NCBI GenBank assembly: GCA_002010215.1
Contig: MTMY01000003.1
Coordinates: 62,001-126,000, forward strand
Origin: Archaeoglobus sp. JdFR-37
GTDB lineage: Archaea > Halobacteriota > Archaeoglobi > Archaeoglobales > Archaeoglobaceae
DNA: 64,000 nucleotides
Direction of reading: 5' to 3'
Shown: piece after piece, positions 8,716 to 18,518 of the stretch
How the letters are laid out: the number at the start of each line of letters is the position of its first letter
Numbering within the stretch: position 1 is the first letter of the stretch
Program-made: the position numbers and the translations under genes
The notes under the pieces: model-generated
Seen by the model: the letters and a program-made list of their open reading frames with translations, nothing else
What the model was told of the DNA's origin: nothing
The model's database searches: none

Positions 8716-11037
8716 TCAGCTCACGATCTCCTTCGTCACCTTTTCTATCTCCATCCGAGACACATACCTTATCCCGGGCAGGAGAGATAGCAGGAGTATG
8801 GCGAATGTTGTTAGGATGGTAAAGGCGTAAGTCCTGCCGTAAATTATGAAGGGCATGTAATACAGCTCGCTCTGGAATGATTCGAAGAAGAGCTTTGCAC
8901 TCATATAGCCCAAAGGTACTCCAATTACTATGCCTATAATCCCGATGATAACTGTTTCCACCAGAAGGCTGTAGGCAATTTCCTTCGTTGTATAGCCCAG
9001 CATTCTAAGGGTTGCAATCTCCCTTCTCCTCTCCAGAATGTTCACCGTTGTAGTGTTGAATATCGACGCAAAGCCGAGAGAGGCGCCAAAGAGAAGGGTG
9101 AAGGATATAAAGACGTAGAAGAAAGTCATGAGTTCATCTATGTATTCCTTTAAATCGTCGATTGAGTCGGCTCTTATGCCTTTAATGTCCAGAATTCTGT
9201 TCTTCCCCTGATTTTCCATTCCCGGCTTGAATTTTACAATTATAGCGTTAAAATCAACCCCAGTTTTCTTTGAAAAGTAGAATATATCTGCATAACATGT
9301 CGGGGTAAGAGGCTGGTTGTATATCTCGGCAATAATCACTTTCTGTCTTCCAAATTCCGTGAGAATTTCCACCTTCTCCCCCTGTGCAACCTTTAATTTT
9401 GAGGTGAGGATTTCTGGCAGGACGATGCCTTTAGGCGGAGGGTGACGCTGTCTCCCACTTATATCGTATATATTGAGCATGTTCTGATTGTGCCCTATGG
9501 CGTACAGAATGGACGATTTCGTCACCCCATCCCTCTCAATAACTACCCACGTTTCGATGATAGGGGCAGCCTCCAAAACTTCAGGCATGTTCTTCACAGC
9601 TCTGTAAATTTCCGGGTTTGATGTTGTGATTTTCATGTCGAATGTAGTTATCTTGTCGAATTGCATGGAAATGGCGAAGTCATTTGCATCCAGAAAGACC
9701 ATGGATGTGAGAATGAGGACGACACTAGCTACAACGCCAAAAAGAGAGTAAATTGTTCTTCTCGGACTTCTGAAAAGATTCCTCAAAGCCAGACGGGTTA
9801 ACATCGAGACCCTTTTTAAGAAGAAGAGTATCTCATCAACCCTTACTTTCTTAACCTCAACCTCCACGCCCCTCATGGCTATAGCAGGCTCTATTCGTGA
9901 GGCAGCGTAGGCCGTTGAAATGCCAGCAAGGAGAGGTGTGATTGTGCCTATCGCTAAGCCCTGAGCGATTATATCAGGATGGACGACTGCGATATAATAC
10001 GGAACGTTGAGAAGCTTCGTGTATTCTGCTGTCATCAGTACCGAAAATGCATAACCTCCGATTGCTCCGATGACTGAACCGATGACCCCGATAACGATGG
10101 AATGTGACAGATAATGCAGAAGAACGTCCTTCCTGCTATATCCTAAGGCCCTAAGTATTGCTATGCTGCCTGTCTGCTCTCTCACAACTCTTGAAAGCAG
10201 CACGTAAACCATCAGGGCTGAGATGAAAAGGAAAAAGCTCGGAAACATGAATGAGAGCTCTTTAAATCCATCCAGATCCATCTTAACGAGTTTGTTACTT
10301 GGCTGATCCTCCCTCTTGTAGATCTCAACGATGCCGTAGTCGGCGAATATGTCTTTAGCCCTGTTCAGAATTTCCTCCACCCTGTCCTCATCGTAAATGG
10401 TGATGTGTGCCTCGCTGATAATACCTGCTGTCCCTAGAATCTCCTCCAGCGTTTGTTGTGGGATGTAAGCAATACCGAAGGTTTTTGGAGTTGTAATCCA
10501 GCTTCCAGATTCAACAATCCATATGAATTCTGGCGAGAACGCAAGCCCGGAAACTTTCAGACTTACTCTCTTCTCATTTATATCTACCGAGATGACTTCT
10601 CCAACTTTAATGTCATGGTAGTCGGCAAATTTCTTCAGAAGCACAACAGCTCTTTCACCAGGCTCGGGATACCTGCCATCAACAATTACCAGCTTATTAA
10701 CCTTTAACTCTTCGGGAATTGATAGGAGCTTCAGAGTGACCTTGTTACCCTCCCTTTCGAAGGTTCCGTAGGCCGACAGCCTGCCATAAACTTCCTCAAC
10801 TCCATCAATTTTGCGAACCTCTGAAAGTAGCTCTTCTGGAGCAGGATTAAATGTTACAGCAAGGTCTTCAAAGTTTGTTTTCTCGTAAAATGTATCGTAG
10901 GTTTTGCTGAGGTTCAAATATGACATGTAGAAAGATGTGTAGAGTGCAACGCCCAGGAAGACGAGGAATATGACTGCTATGAATTGCCACTTCTGGGATT
11001 TAAGGTCCCTAAAAACCTTCAGATTTAAAGCTTTCAT
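8716..11037 (-). CDS. ABC transporter permease, FtsX/MacB type (duplicated)
   Basis: Two repeats with IAILRALGY / IATLRMLGY motifs and large extracytoplasmic loops. Confidence 0.9.
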   Translation of the reverse strand: MKALNLKVFRDLKSQKWQFIAVIFLVFLGVALYTSFYMSYLNLSKTYDTFYEKTNFEDLAVTFNPAPEELLSEVRKIDGVEEVYGRLSAYGTFEREGNKVTLKLLSIPEELKVNKLVIVDGRYPEPGERAVVLLKKFADYHDIKVGEVISVDINEKRVSLKVSGLAFSPEFIWIVESGSWITTPKTFGIAYIPQQTLEEILGTAGIISEAHITIYDEDRVEEILNRAKDIFADYGIVEIYKREDQPSNKLVKMDLDGFKELSFMFPSFFLFISALMVYVLLSRVVREQTGSIAILRALGYSRKDVLLHYLSHSIVIGVIGSVIGAIGGYAFSVLMTAEYTKLLNVPYYIAVVHPDIIAQGLAIGTITPLLAGISTAYAASRIEPAIAMRGVEVEVKKVRVDEILFFLKRVSMLTRLALRNLFRSPRRTIYSLFGVVASVVLILTSMVFLDANDFAISMQFDKITTFDMKITTSNPEIYRAVKNMPEVLEAAPIIETWVVIERDGVTKSSILYAIGHNQNMLNIYDISGRQRHPPPKGIVLPEILTSKLKVAQGEKVEILTEFGRQKVIIAEIYNQPLTPTCYADIFYFSKKTGVDFNAIIVKFKPGMENQGKNRILDIKGIRADSIDDLKEYIDELMTFFYVFISFTLLFGASLGFASIFNTTTVNILERRREIATLRMLGYTTKEIAYSLLVETVIIGIIGIVIGVPLGYMSAKLFFESFQSELYYMPFIIYGRTYAFTILTTFAILLLSLLPGIRYVSRMEIEKVTKEIVS

Positions 11038-11040
11038 AAT

Positions 11041-11745
11041 TCACCACGAAAGCTCCTCAGGCTCTGCTGGTTCTTCATTGACGATTATTTTTGCAACCCT
11101 GCCATCTCTCAGGTGAACAACCCTGTCAGCCATGGTGGCGATGACCGAGTTATGGGTGACAAGAATAAAGGTCACACCTTCATTTCTGTTTATATCTCTC
11201 ATAACCCTTAGGACCATCTTTCCAGTTTCGAAGTCCAGACTTCCTGTAGGCTCATCTGCCAAAATCAATGGTGGGCTTTTCACGAGAGCTCTTGCTATCG
11301 CAACCCTCTGCTGCTCTCCACCGCTCAGCTCAGATGGAAAGTGGTCGGCTCTGTCCTTCAGACCCACGATCTCCAGCACTTCATCAGCATCTCTCGGATT
11401 CTCCACAAGCTCCGCAGCGAGCAGTACATTCTCTCTTGCGGTAAGAGTCGGGATCAAATTGAAAAACTGGAAGATGAAGCCAACGTTTCTTCTACGGTGA
11501 AGTGTCAGCTCTGCTTCGTCAAGCGAGGAAACGTTGATGCTGTTGAAGAGTATGTCTCCTTTTGTTGGTGTGTCGATTCCTCCAACAAGATTGAGTAGAG
11601 TTGTCTTGCCTGAACCTGACGGCCCAAGAACGACTATGAACTCTCCACTCTTCACTTCCAAGTCTATCCCACGAAGTGCGTGGACATCTACAGCACCCAT
11701 CCTGTAGGTTTTCCAGACGTCAATGAGCTTCAGAAGCTCATTCAT
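11041..11745 (-). CDS. ABC transporter ATP-binding protein (LolD/MacB-like)
   Basis: GPSGSGKT, LSGGEQQRVAIARA and ADEPTG motifs. Confidence 0.95.
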   Translation of the reverse strand: MNELLKLIDVWKTYRMGAVDVHALRGIDLEVKSGEFIVVLGPSGSGKTTLLNLVGGIDTPTKGDILFNSINVSSLDEAELTLHRRRNVGFIFQFFNLIPTLTARENVLLAAELVENPRDADEVLEIVGLKDRADHFPSELSGGEQQRVAIARALVKSPPLILADEPTGSLDFETGKMVLRVMRDINRNEGVTFILVTHNSVIATMADRVVHLRDGRVAKIIVNEEPAEPEELSW

Positions 11746-13211
11746 TTAGCTTTCCGCCTCCAGAGGTAACCTCCAACAGCTATCAAAATTAAGGCAGCTA
11801 CACCCACAATTGCGGCTGTGTGCCCCTCTCCTGGGAAGACGTAGATTGTAAACTCTTTCTCGACGCTATACTTCTCCATTCTTGAATCCAGATAGGTTAT
11901 TACAGCCTTAACCTTGTATTCTCCCTCCTCTGGAGGTGCGATGAGGTCGAAGGTTGATGTAGCAGAATCTCCGCTTTCAAGCGTTCCTATGAAGTACTGG
12001 TTTTTGCCTTCAAATTCCTCTGGGAGCAGAAGTTTGACAGCAACAGCCTTCGCATCCTGTTTTCCAGAATTCTCAATCTGAAGTGACAGTGTAAAGTCTT
12101 CTGAAGGTGTCACCTTTCTGGGTGAGAGGTAGAGCCCTGCAATTTCGAGGTTGATGTCGCCGAGAGTGTCGACAAAGAGCGAGAATTCAAAACTCTTTTC
12201 CTTAAGTTCTTCCCCGTCGAGATATTTGGCCGTAAGCTTAAAGGGATAGGCTCTGCTCTCAGCTTTTCTGTCAGCCCTAAGCTTGAACTCAGCGTTCGTA
12301 GCTTCACTTCTCTTCAGAGTTCCAATGAACGCTTCACTTTCTCCAGAAAACGCATCAGGATAGTTAAGGGTCAGCATGACTTCTTTCGCATCGTCCTTGC
12401 CCGTATTTTCAAGAGTTAAAGAGAGAGTGAAATCGGTGTCTGAATAAATTCTTTCCGGAGTAGTCGAAAAACCGGAAAAGACAATTTCAGGATGGCCTTC
12501 AACTATGATTGCAAACTCGCTCTCTTCCTGATATACATTCCCCAATCTATCTGTGTAACTGAAGACAAGCTTTGCCGGATAAATACCTGTCAGGACATCT
12601 TTGTTCCCAGAGATGTTGAAAACAAGGGTTTTTCTCTCTCCGCTTTTCCAGCTATCGAAGTTCACTCTTGAAGTTTCAGCAACGAAGCCATCTAGCGTGA
12701 CAAGCAGAATTTCTACGTTCTTCGCTTCCCCTCCAGAGTTCAGCACCTCAAAAACGGCTTTTCCTGAACTATCTGGCTCAAGCACCGGTTGAGATATCTT
12801 TTCAATGATTATAGAGGGTTTATCAAGCACGATAATCGGGATGACTTCCTCAAAGCTTTCTGTTCCATAATTGTACCTGAGCTTTACTTTTAGCTGAAAT
12901 GTCCCTTCTTTATCTGCTCTCAGCTTGACTGTCGTTGAGGCTGAGCCAGTAATGTCACCAATGTTAACCGTCAGGTAAGATACCTCGTTATCTCCAGAGA
13001 TTATCACCAGTTCGTCTTCGCTTTCGGAAACTGTCAGCTTTAAGTCCTTCACAGCATATCCAGAGTTTACGATGTTTATTTGCAGTGCAAAAATGTCTCC
13101 TGGGGTGGGCGTTTCAGGGATTGTTTGATATGTTATAGACAGCACAGGGCCTTGAGCTGATACCAAGCTGGTACAGACAAGCAGTACGAGAACGACCAAA
13201 AACATTCTCAC
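11742..13211 (-). CDS. COG1361 S-layer-domain surface protein
   Basis: Signal peptide, repeated Ig-like units (LTLENTGKDDAKEV / LQIENSGKQDAKAV), C-terminal TM and basic tail. Confidence 0.8.
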   Translation of the reverse strand: MRMFLVVLVLLVCTSLVSAQGPVLSITYQTIPETPTPGDIFALQINIVNSGYAVKDLKLTVSESEDELVIISGDNEVSYLTVNIGDITGSASTTVKLRADKEGTFQLKVKLRYNYGTESFEEVIPIIVLDKPSIIIEKISQPVLEPDSSGKAVFEVLNSGGEAKNVEILLVTLDGFVAETSRVNFDSWKSGERKTLVFNISGNKDVLTGIYPAKLVFSYTDRLGNVYQEESEFAIIVEGHPEIVFSGFSTTPERIYSDTDFTLSLTLENTGKDDAKEVMLTLNYPDAFSGESEAFIGTLKRSEATNAEFKLRADRKAESRAYPFKLTAKYLDGEELKEKSFEFSLFVDTLGDINLEIAGLYLSPRKVTPSEDFTLSLQIENSGKQDAKAVAVKLLLPEEFEGKNQYFIGTLESGDSATSTFDLIAPPEEGEYKVKAVITYLDSRMEKYSVEKEFTIYVFPGEGHTAAIVGVAALILIAVGGYLWRRKAK

Positions 13212-13738
13212 CTTTTACACCTCCCTTTCACAAATTCAAGAATTAGATTTCCAATTTCATCAACATCAAGTTCTGGAATAAAGAGGGAGTAAATGGATAT
13301 CCCGTCAAGCATGGCCATGAGAATTATGGCAGTCTGTTCTGGCTTATCTATACCCATATCTTCCAACAGCAATGTAAGAAATTCTAACATCTCGTCGTAA
13401 AGCTGGCGTGCAAACTGTGTGTTTCCGGAAAAAATCTCTTTTTCGAAGACGTAATACCAGAACATGGTAAGTCTGGGATTGTCCTTTGCAATTTTCAGGG
13501 CTTTCCTTACTATTTTTTCTAATGTCTTGCAATCTCTTGGTTCACCATATATCCACGAAAAGTATTTTTCAATCGAATACGAGAGGAGTTCGCTCTCCAG
13601 ATTATTCTTATTTTTGAAATAATAGAAGATTGTGCCCTTAGAAACTCCTGCGTTCTTTGCAATCTCTTCCATGCTTATACTTTGCGGTGGCTTTGATGTA
13701 TACAGCCGAAGTGCTGATTCCAGTATCTTTTCCCTCAT
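13208..13738 (-). CDS. TetR/AcrR family transcriptional regulator
   Basis: SMEEIAKNAGVSKGTIFYYFKNK HTH. First gene of the ABC operon. Confidence 0.9.
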   Translation of the reverse strand: MREKILESALRLYTSKPPQSISMEEIAKNAGVSKGTIFYYFKNKNNLESELLSYSIEKYFSWIYGEPRDCKTLEKIVRKALKIAKDNPRLTMFWYYVFEKEIFSGNTQFARQLYDEMLEFLTLLLEDMGIDKPEQTAIILMAMLDGISIYSLFIPELDVDEIGNLILEFVKGRCKR

Positions 13739-13739
13739 C

Positions 13740-13761
13740 TTTGACTGACCAGTCAGTCAAA
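13740..13761. promoter_or_regulatory. Palindromic operator, probably bound by the adjacent TetR
   Basis: TTTGACTGAC-CA-GTCAGTCAAA, a perfect 10-bp inverted repeat between the TATA-like element (about 13762-13770) and the TetR start codon. Confidence 0.8.
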
Positions 13762-13917
13762 ATATATAATTTTTTCTGTAAATCTTTAATTGGACAAAAT
13801 TGGATAATAGCCTTATTCACTTGAATTATTTCAAGTTATTAAAATAATAATTCATCCACTTAGATAAGTAGAACTATATCTAAAATCAACTGAAATATTT
13901 ATATTTGGTTAAAAGCA

Positions 13918-14001
13918 TGCGGGGGGCGGGATTTGAACCCGCGGACCCCTTCGGGACAGGGTCTTAAGCCCTGCGCCTTTTCCTGGCTCGGCAACCCCCG
14001 C
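13918..14001 (-). tRNA. tRNA-Leu (anticodon UAA)
   Basis: Reverse complement GCGGGGGTTGCCGAGCCAGGAAAAGGCGCAGGGCTTAAGACCCTGTCCCGAAGGGGTCCGCGGGTTCAAATCCCGCCCCCCGCA. Anticodon stem CAGGG/CCCTG around CT-TAA-GA, long variable arm, no intron, CCA not encoded. Confidence 0.97.
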
Positions 14002-14164
14002 TTGATATGAACCCGGCATGCATACATTAAAATGTTGTGGTCATTGATTCGTCCTGAGTTGTTCTGAACCTTATGTCAAATTTTGCTGTCTATATTGTCT
14101 CTGTATTTCACCTGTTATGGAGAAAAAAGATAAATCTGATACTGTGTTAATTAGAGGGCGATAA

Positions 14165-14377
14165 ATGGTATCCACCACAACAAAAGATTTCTGGAGATGC
14201 ATAAGATGCGGTTCTGGCAATCTGGAAGAATGGGAGCTTAAAGAAGGAGACGTCAGAATCATTTACGTCTGTCTGGAATGCGGATATCCCTTCAAAAACT
14301 TAGATGAGATGAATAGACATGAAAAAGAGATATGTTTAAGAAAATCAAAAATTGGTGGTGGCGGGGTTATTATCTAA
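14165..14377 (+). CDS. Small putative zinc-ribbon protein
   Basis: CIRC...CLEC pairs in 70 aa, with a GAGGG RBS-like element upstream. Confidence 0.55.
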   Translation: MVSTTTKDFWRCIRCGSGNLEEWELKEGDVRIIYVCLECGYPFKNLDEMNRHEKEICLRKSKIGGGGVII

Positions 14378-14432
14378 TTATCCGAAGTTATTGGAATTAT
14401 TCTGAATGTTTATACTTTTGAACGCTTAAACC

Positions 14433-14729
14433 TCACCAGCATCTGTAATCTTTACACTGCTCAGGTTTCGTCTCATGTATTCTGCAGTACACCCTACCAT
14501 CCCTTTCTTCTATAAACGGGCACTTTTCCAGTCTGTTTCCGTATTCATCAAACCATACCTCCCCGCCCTCTATTTTCTCCCCTTCCATGAGATCATAGTA
14601 AGTATAAACCAAAACGTGTCTGAGAATATCCTCTCTTTCCTCCTCCAACCACCTCTTGACGTCATCTGGTGTAGCATATATCTTGGCACCCATCTCCAAG
14701 CAGCATCTGCCGCAGTTTTTGCAGCTCAT
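14433..14729 (-). CDS. YkgJ/UPF0153 family cysteine-cluster protein
   Basis: CKNCGRCC...CPF...CRIHETKPEQC pattern. Confidence 0.85.
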   Translation of the reverse strand: MSCKNCGRCCLEMGAKIYATPDDVKRWLEEEREDILRHVLVYTYYDLMEGEKIEGGEVWFDEYGNRLEKCPFIEERDGRVYCRIHETKPEQCKDYRCW

Positions 14730-14742
14730 ATTTTTCTATGCT

Positions 14743-15498
14743 CTAACCTCTAAGCTCTTTAACTTTCTCAAGGATCTTTTTCATGGTGGGAGCAGCTTTA
14801 TCATGTATCACCACATCGAAAAGGTAATCCTTGTCGGTGGGTTCAGCATTAATCAGTATCAGCTTCGCCCCATGGTCTTTGGCCATAAATGGGAGGTGTG
14901 CGGCGGGATACACTACCAGAGACGTTCCAATTGCGATAAAGACATCGCATTTCCTTGACTCCTCCATAGCTTCGCTCAGAATTCCTGAAGGGAGAGGTTC
15001 GCCGAAAAATACAACTCTCGGCTTCAGTAACTCACTCCCGCAGTTCTTGCATGCAGGGTTGTCTATAATTTTCTCTATGTCTTCCCAGACGTAAATAGCA
15101 CCGCACTTCAAACAGTCAACATAGCTCATGGAGCCGTGAAGCTCAAGAACTTTCTTGCTTCCAGCTCTCTGATGCAGCATGTCCACATTCTGGGTTATGA
15201 CAGCCTTAACAATCCCCATCTCTTCCAGCTCGGCTATCGCCTTATGTGCATCATTGGGCTCAGCCTTAACCTTAACCAGCAGGTCTTTCGAGAACTCCCA
15301 GAATGCTCGGGGGTTCCTCATGAAGCCTGAAATGGATGCGACCTCCTCAGGATCGTACTTCTCCCACAGACCTCCTTTCCCTCTGAAGGTGGGGATACCA
15401 CTCTCAGCAGAAATTCCTGCTCCTGTAAAAACCACAGCATGCTTCGCTTTGGCAATGATCTCCGCTGCCTTCCTAATCCGGTCGCTAATTCGGTCCAT
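14743..15498 (-). CDS. cobB: Sir2 family NAD-dependent protein deacylase
   Basis: GAGISAESGIPTFRG, TQNVDMLH, ELHGS, Zn-binding CxxC pairs, GTSLVVYPA. Confidence 0.95.
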   Translation of the reverse strand: MDRISDRIRKAAEIIAKAKHAVVFTGAGISAESGIPTFRGKGGLWEKYDPEEVASISGFMRNPRAFWEFSKDLLVKVKAEPNDAHKAIAELEEMGIVKAVITQNVDMLHQRAGSKKVLELHGSMSYVDCLKCGAIYVWEDIEKIIDNPACKNCGSELLKPRVVFFGEPLPSGILSEAMEESRKCDVFIAIGTSLVVYPAAHLPFMAKDHGAKLILINAEPTDKDYLFDVVIHDKAAPTMKKILEKVKELRG

Positions 15499-15573
15499 GC
15501 AGATATGACAACTTCCACCAACAAAAAGTTTATTAATTGACTCGCATTTGGCTGAGCTTAGGGAGGGATAAAC

Positions 15574-16206
15574 ACGGCAAGAAAAAGACAGGTAAGGGTA
15601 AAGGATAAGTGGACTCTCAAGAAGTGGTTCACCCTCATCGCTCCTGAATACTTTGGAATGGCAGAGCTGGGCGTAACGCCTGCCGACGATGCGGAGAAAG
15701 TAGTCAATAGAACCGTTGAGATAACTTTGGCGGAGCTGGCAAACGATTACTCAAACCAGAACCCTTACAAGAAACTTATCTTCAAGGTTTACAGGGTTGC
15801 GGGCGATAATGCATACACCAAGTTCCACATGTACGAGCTTACAAGAGACTACCTGAACAGTCTTACAAGGCGCAGAACTAGCAAGATCGAGGATGTTGTG
15901 GACGTTATAACAGCAGATGGCTACGTGCTGAGGGTCAAGCCAGTTGCATTCACAGTTAAGAGGTGTAAGACCTCACAGAGAAGAGCAATTAGAGCAGTGA
16001 TGAGGCAGATTGTTGAAGAGACGGCCAAGAAAGAGAACTTCGTCCAGTTCCTCCAAGAATGCGTCCTTGGTAAGATCCCCAGTGAGATTTACAAGAATGC
16101 CAAGAAGATCTACCCGCTTAGAAGGGTGGAAATCAGAAAGATAGAGGTTCTGAAGGAGCCCAAACCTGTCGAAGTTGAAAAACCAGTGGCAGAGGCAGTG
16201 GCTTAA
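15574..16206 (+). CDS. rps3ae: 30S ribosomal protein S3ae (eS1), probable non-AUG start
   Basis: eS1 sequence (LTRDYLNSLTRRRTSKI, KIYPLRRVEIRK). The conserved KDKWxxKxW lies upstream of the first ATG (15658), in frame back to ACG at 15574. Confidence 0.92.
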   Translation, partial: TARKRQVRVKDKWTLKKWFTLIAPEYFGMAELGVTPADDAEKVVNRTVEITLAELANDYSNQNPYKKLIFKVYRVAGDNAYTKFHMYELTRDYLNSLTRRRTSKIEDVVDVITADGYVLRVKPVAFTVKRCKTSQRRAIRAVMRQIVEETAKKENFVQFLQECVLGKIPSEIYKNAKKIYPLRRVEIRKIEVLKEPKPVEVEKPVAEAVA

Positions 16207-16238
16207 ATGCTTAAATGAATTAACATTGATGGCGGCGT

Positions 16239-17072
16239 ATGCTATCTTTTCTTGCTATTCTTTCTGTAATGGTAATATGGGCAGGTAGCTTCATCTTTAT
16301 CAAGTTCGGCATTTCTGACATCACCCCACTAAGCCTATCTTTCTGGAGATTTATTATTGCTACGCCACTTCTAATCCCCTTCATCTCGAAACGACCGTCT
16401 CTAAGGGAAATTCCCGGCTTCATAGTTCTGGGAATTTCAGGGGTTTCGTTGCTTTACTACCTTCAATTTACCGCTCTCCTTTACACCACTCCCACAAACG
16501 CATCCATACTCATCAACACCGCTGTAATATTCATTGCCGCTTTTTCAGCTATATTCTTCAACGAAAGGCTGAAATTGCAGCAGTATCTTGGAATTTTAGT
16601 CGCCTTTGCTGGCATCGTTCTCGTAATTTCAGAGGGTAAGCTGAGCATATCCAGCACCTCTATTAAAGGCGACCTTATGATGATTGCCAACGGCCTACTC
16701 TGGGCAATTTACACTGTATATGGGAAGAAATTCATGGAGAAGTATTCGGCCATTGAACTTGTATTCTGGTCCTTTGTATTCGGAGTTATTACGCTGACAC
16801 CCTTTGTTGCTATTAATGGCCTCGACTTTCCGTCAGTTTCCCTTACCTGGGTTTCTATACTCTATCTCTCAGTTCTCTGCTCCGGCTTTGCCTATGTGGT
16901 CTGGTATCACGCTGTTGAAAGACTGGGAGCAGCAAAGACATCGGTCTTCATCTATCTGATACCCCTTTTCACTGCTATGTTCTCAGCTACAATTCTGGGA
17001 GAAGTTATAACAGCATTCAAAGCAATAGGAGGATTTCTGACAATTGTGGGGCTTTACATGGCTGAAAAATGA
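16239..17072 (+). CDS. DMT/EamA family transporter
   Basis: About 10 hydrophobic helices in two EamA repeats. Confidence 0.9.
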   Translation: MLSFLAILSVMVIWAGSFIFIKFGISDITPLSLSFWRFIIATPLLIPFISKRPSLREIPGFIVLGISGVSLLYYLQFTALLYTTPTNASILINTAVIFIAAFSAIFFNERLKLQQYLGILVAFAGIVLVISEGKLSISSTSIKGDLMMIANGLLWAIYTVYGKKFMEKYSAIELVFWSFVFGVITLTPFVAINGLDFPSVSLTWVSILYLSVLCSGFAYVVWYHAVERLGAAKTSVFIYLIPLFTAMFSATILGEVITAFKAIGGFLTIVGLYMAEK

Positions 17073-17252
17073 GGGGATTGTCGATTGATAGGCCGATAGC
17101 GTTACTAAGGTTTACTTACTAAAGTTAAAAATCTGCTGACAGGCTGAACTTTAGAGTATTTGAGAAGAGTTAACAAATGAGTAACAACGTTCATCGGGCC
17201 AGTCTTTTAATAAGCGAAAAATAATATATCTCATGAAGGCTTTTGATAGAAT

Positions 17253-18509
17253 ATGGGATTTGAGTGGTATCTTGATTTTGTGGATAAGAGTTACAAACCA
17301 TCAGATGAGCTGATCTGCGTTTTCAAGGTTGAACCTGATGGAATAAGCATAGAAGAGGCTGCAGGCAGAATTGCCTCGGAGAGCAGCGTTGGAACCTGGA
17401 CTACGCTCTCCAAACTCCCTGAAAGGATTAAGAGATTGATGGCCAAAGCCTTTGAAATCGATGGAAATGTTGTAAAGGTCGCCTATCCTCTGGACCTCTT
17501 TGAAGAGGGTAACATTCCCCAGTTGCTCAGCAGCATTGCTGGCAACATCTTTGGTATGAGAGCTTTGAAAAGTCTGAGGCTGGAAGATTTACACTTCCCC
17601 CCAGAATATTTGAAGCATTTCAAAGGCCCTCAATTCGGAATTGAGGGAGTTAGAGAGCTCCTGGGCATCTATGACCGCCCTCTTACAGCGACTGTTCCGA
17701 AGCCCAAAGTTGGATATGATGTAGATGAGTACGCTGAGGTTGCCTATGAAGCGCTGAGCGGCGGCATAGACATCCTGAAGGATGATGAAAACCTCACCAG
17801 CCAGCCCTTCATAAGGTTCGAGAAGAGGCTAGAGAAAGTTATGAAAGTAATCGAAAAAGTTGAGGCAGAGACAGGAGAGAAGAAGACATATCTGTGCAAC
17901 ATAACTGCAGAGACAGAAGAAATGCGAAAAAGGGCAGAACTCATAGCGGATTACGGTAATGAGTACGTTATGGTGGACATCCTGACCGCTGGCTGGGGTG
18001 CTGTACAGACAGTGAGAGACTTTTGCGAAGAATTGAGTTTAGCAATACATGCTCATAGAGCAATGCATGGAGCATTTACGAGAAAGGAGGATCACGGAAT
18101 AAGTCTGGGAGTGATAACCAAGCTGGCAAGAATTGCTGGAGTTGACAACATGCACGTGGGCACAGGTGTTGGAAAAATGGCTGGTGAAGTACCAGAAGTT
18201 GTTAAGCTCAAAGAAATATGCACATCTCAGTGTAAAGAAGCAGAACATATCAAAAGAGTGTTTCCCGTCTCAAGTGGCGGCCTGCATCCAGGACTGATTC
18301 CAGATGTCATGAGGCTTTTCGGTATGGATGTTATAATACAGGTGGGTGGCGGTGTCCACGGGCATCCAAATGGCACGAAAGCTGGAGCAAAAGCTCTGAG
18401 GGATGCGATAGATGCCGTTATAGAGAAAGTCTCTCTGGAAGAAAAGGCTGAGCAAAGCAAGGAGCTGAAAGAGGCTCTAGAAAAATGGGGATATATAAGC
18501 CCCAAATAG
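17253..18509 (+). CDS. rbcL: Form III ribulose-bisphosphate carboxylase
   Basis: ESSVGTW, GIDILKDDE catalytic motif, HRAMH, SGGLHPG, GGGVHGHP. Confidence 0.95.
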   Translation: MGFEWYLDFVDKSYKPSDELICVFKVEPDGISIEEAAGRIASESSVGTWTTLSKLPERIKRLMAKAFEIDGNVVKVAYPLDLFEEGNIPQLLSSIAGNIFGMRALKSLRLEDLHFPPEYLKHFKGPQFGIEGVRELLGIYDRPLTATVPKPKVGYDVDEYAEVAYEALSGGIDILKDDENLTSQPFIRFEKRLEKVMKVIEKVEAETGEKKTYLCNITAETEEMRKRAELIADYGNEYVMVDILTAGWGAVQTVRDFCEELSLAIHAHRAMHGAFTRKEDHGISLGVITKLARIAGVDNMHVGTGVGKMAGEVPEVVKLKEICTSQCKEAEHIKRVFPVSSGGLHPGLIPDVMRLFGMDVIIQVGGGVHGHPNGTKAGAKALRDAIDAVIEKVSLEEKAEQSKELKEALEKWGYISPK

Positions 18510-18518
18510 CTGGAAAAT

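Noticed and set aside
8716..13917. Possible integrated element at the tRNA-Leu 3' end
   Set aside because: The spacer is AT-rich, but I found no integrase and no duplicated tRNA 3' fragment in the window.
17119..17154. CTAAAGTT/AACTTTAG inverted repeat upstream of rbcL
   Set aside because: 8-bp AT-rich arms with a 20-nt spacer; plausible by chance, no supporting context.
17253..18509. RuBisCO as evidence of Calvin-cycle autotrophy
   Set aside because: Form III enzymes in archaea typically serve nucleoside/AMP salvage or related pathways, and no phosphoribulokinase is present in the window.
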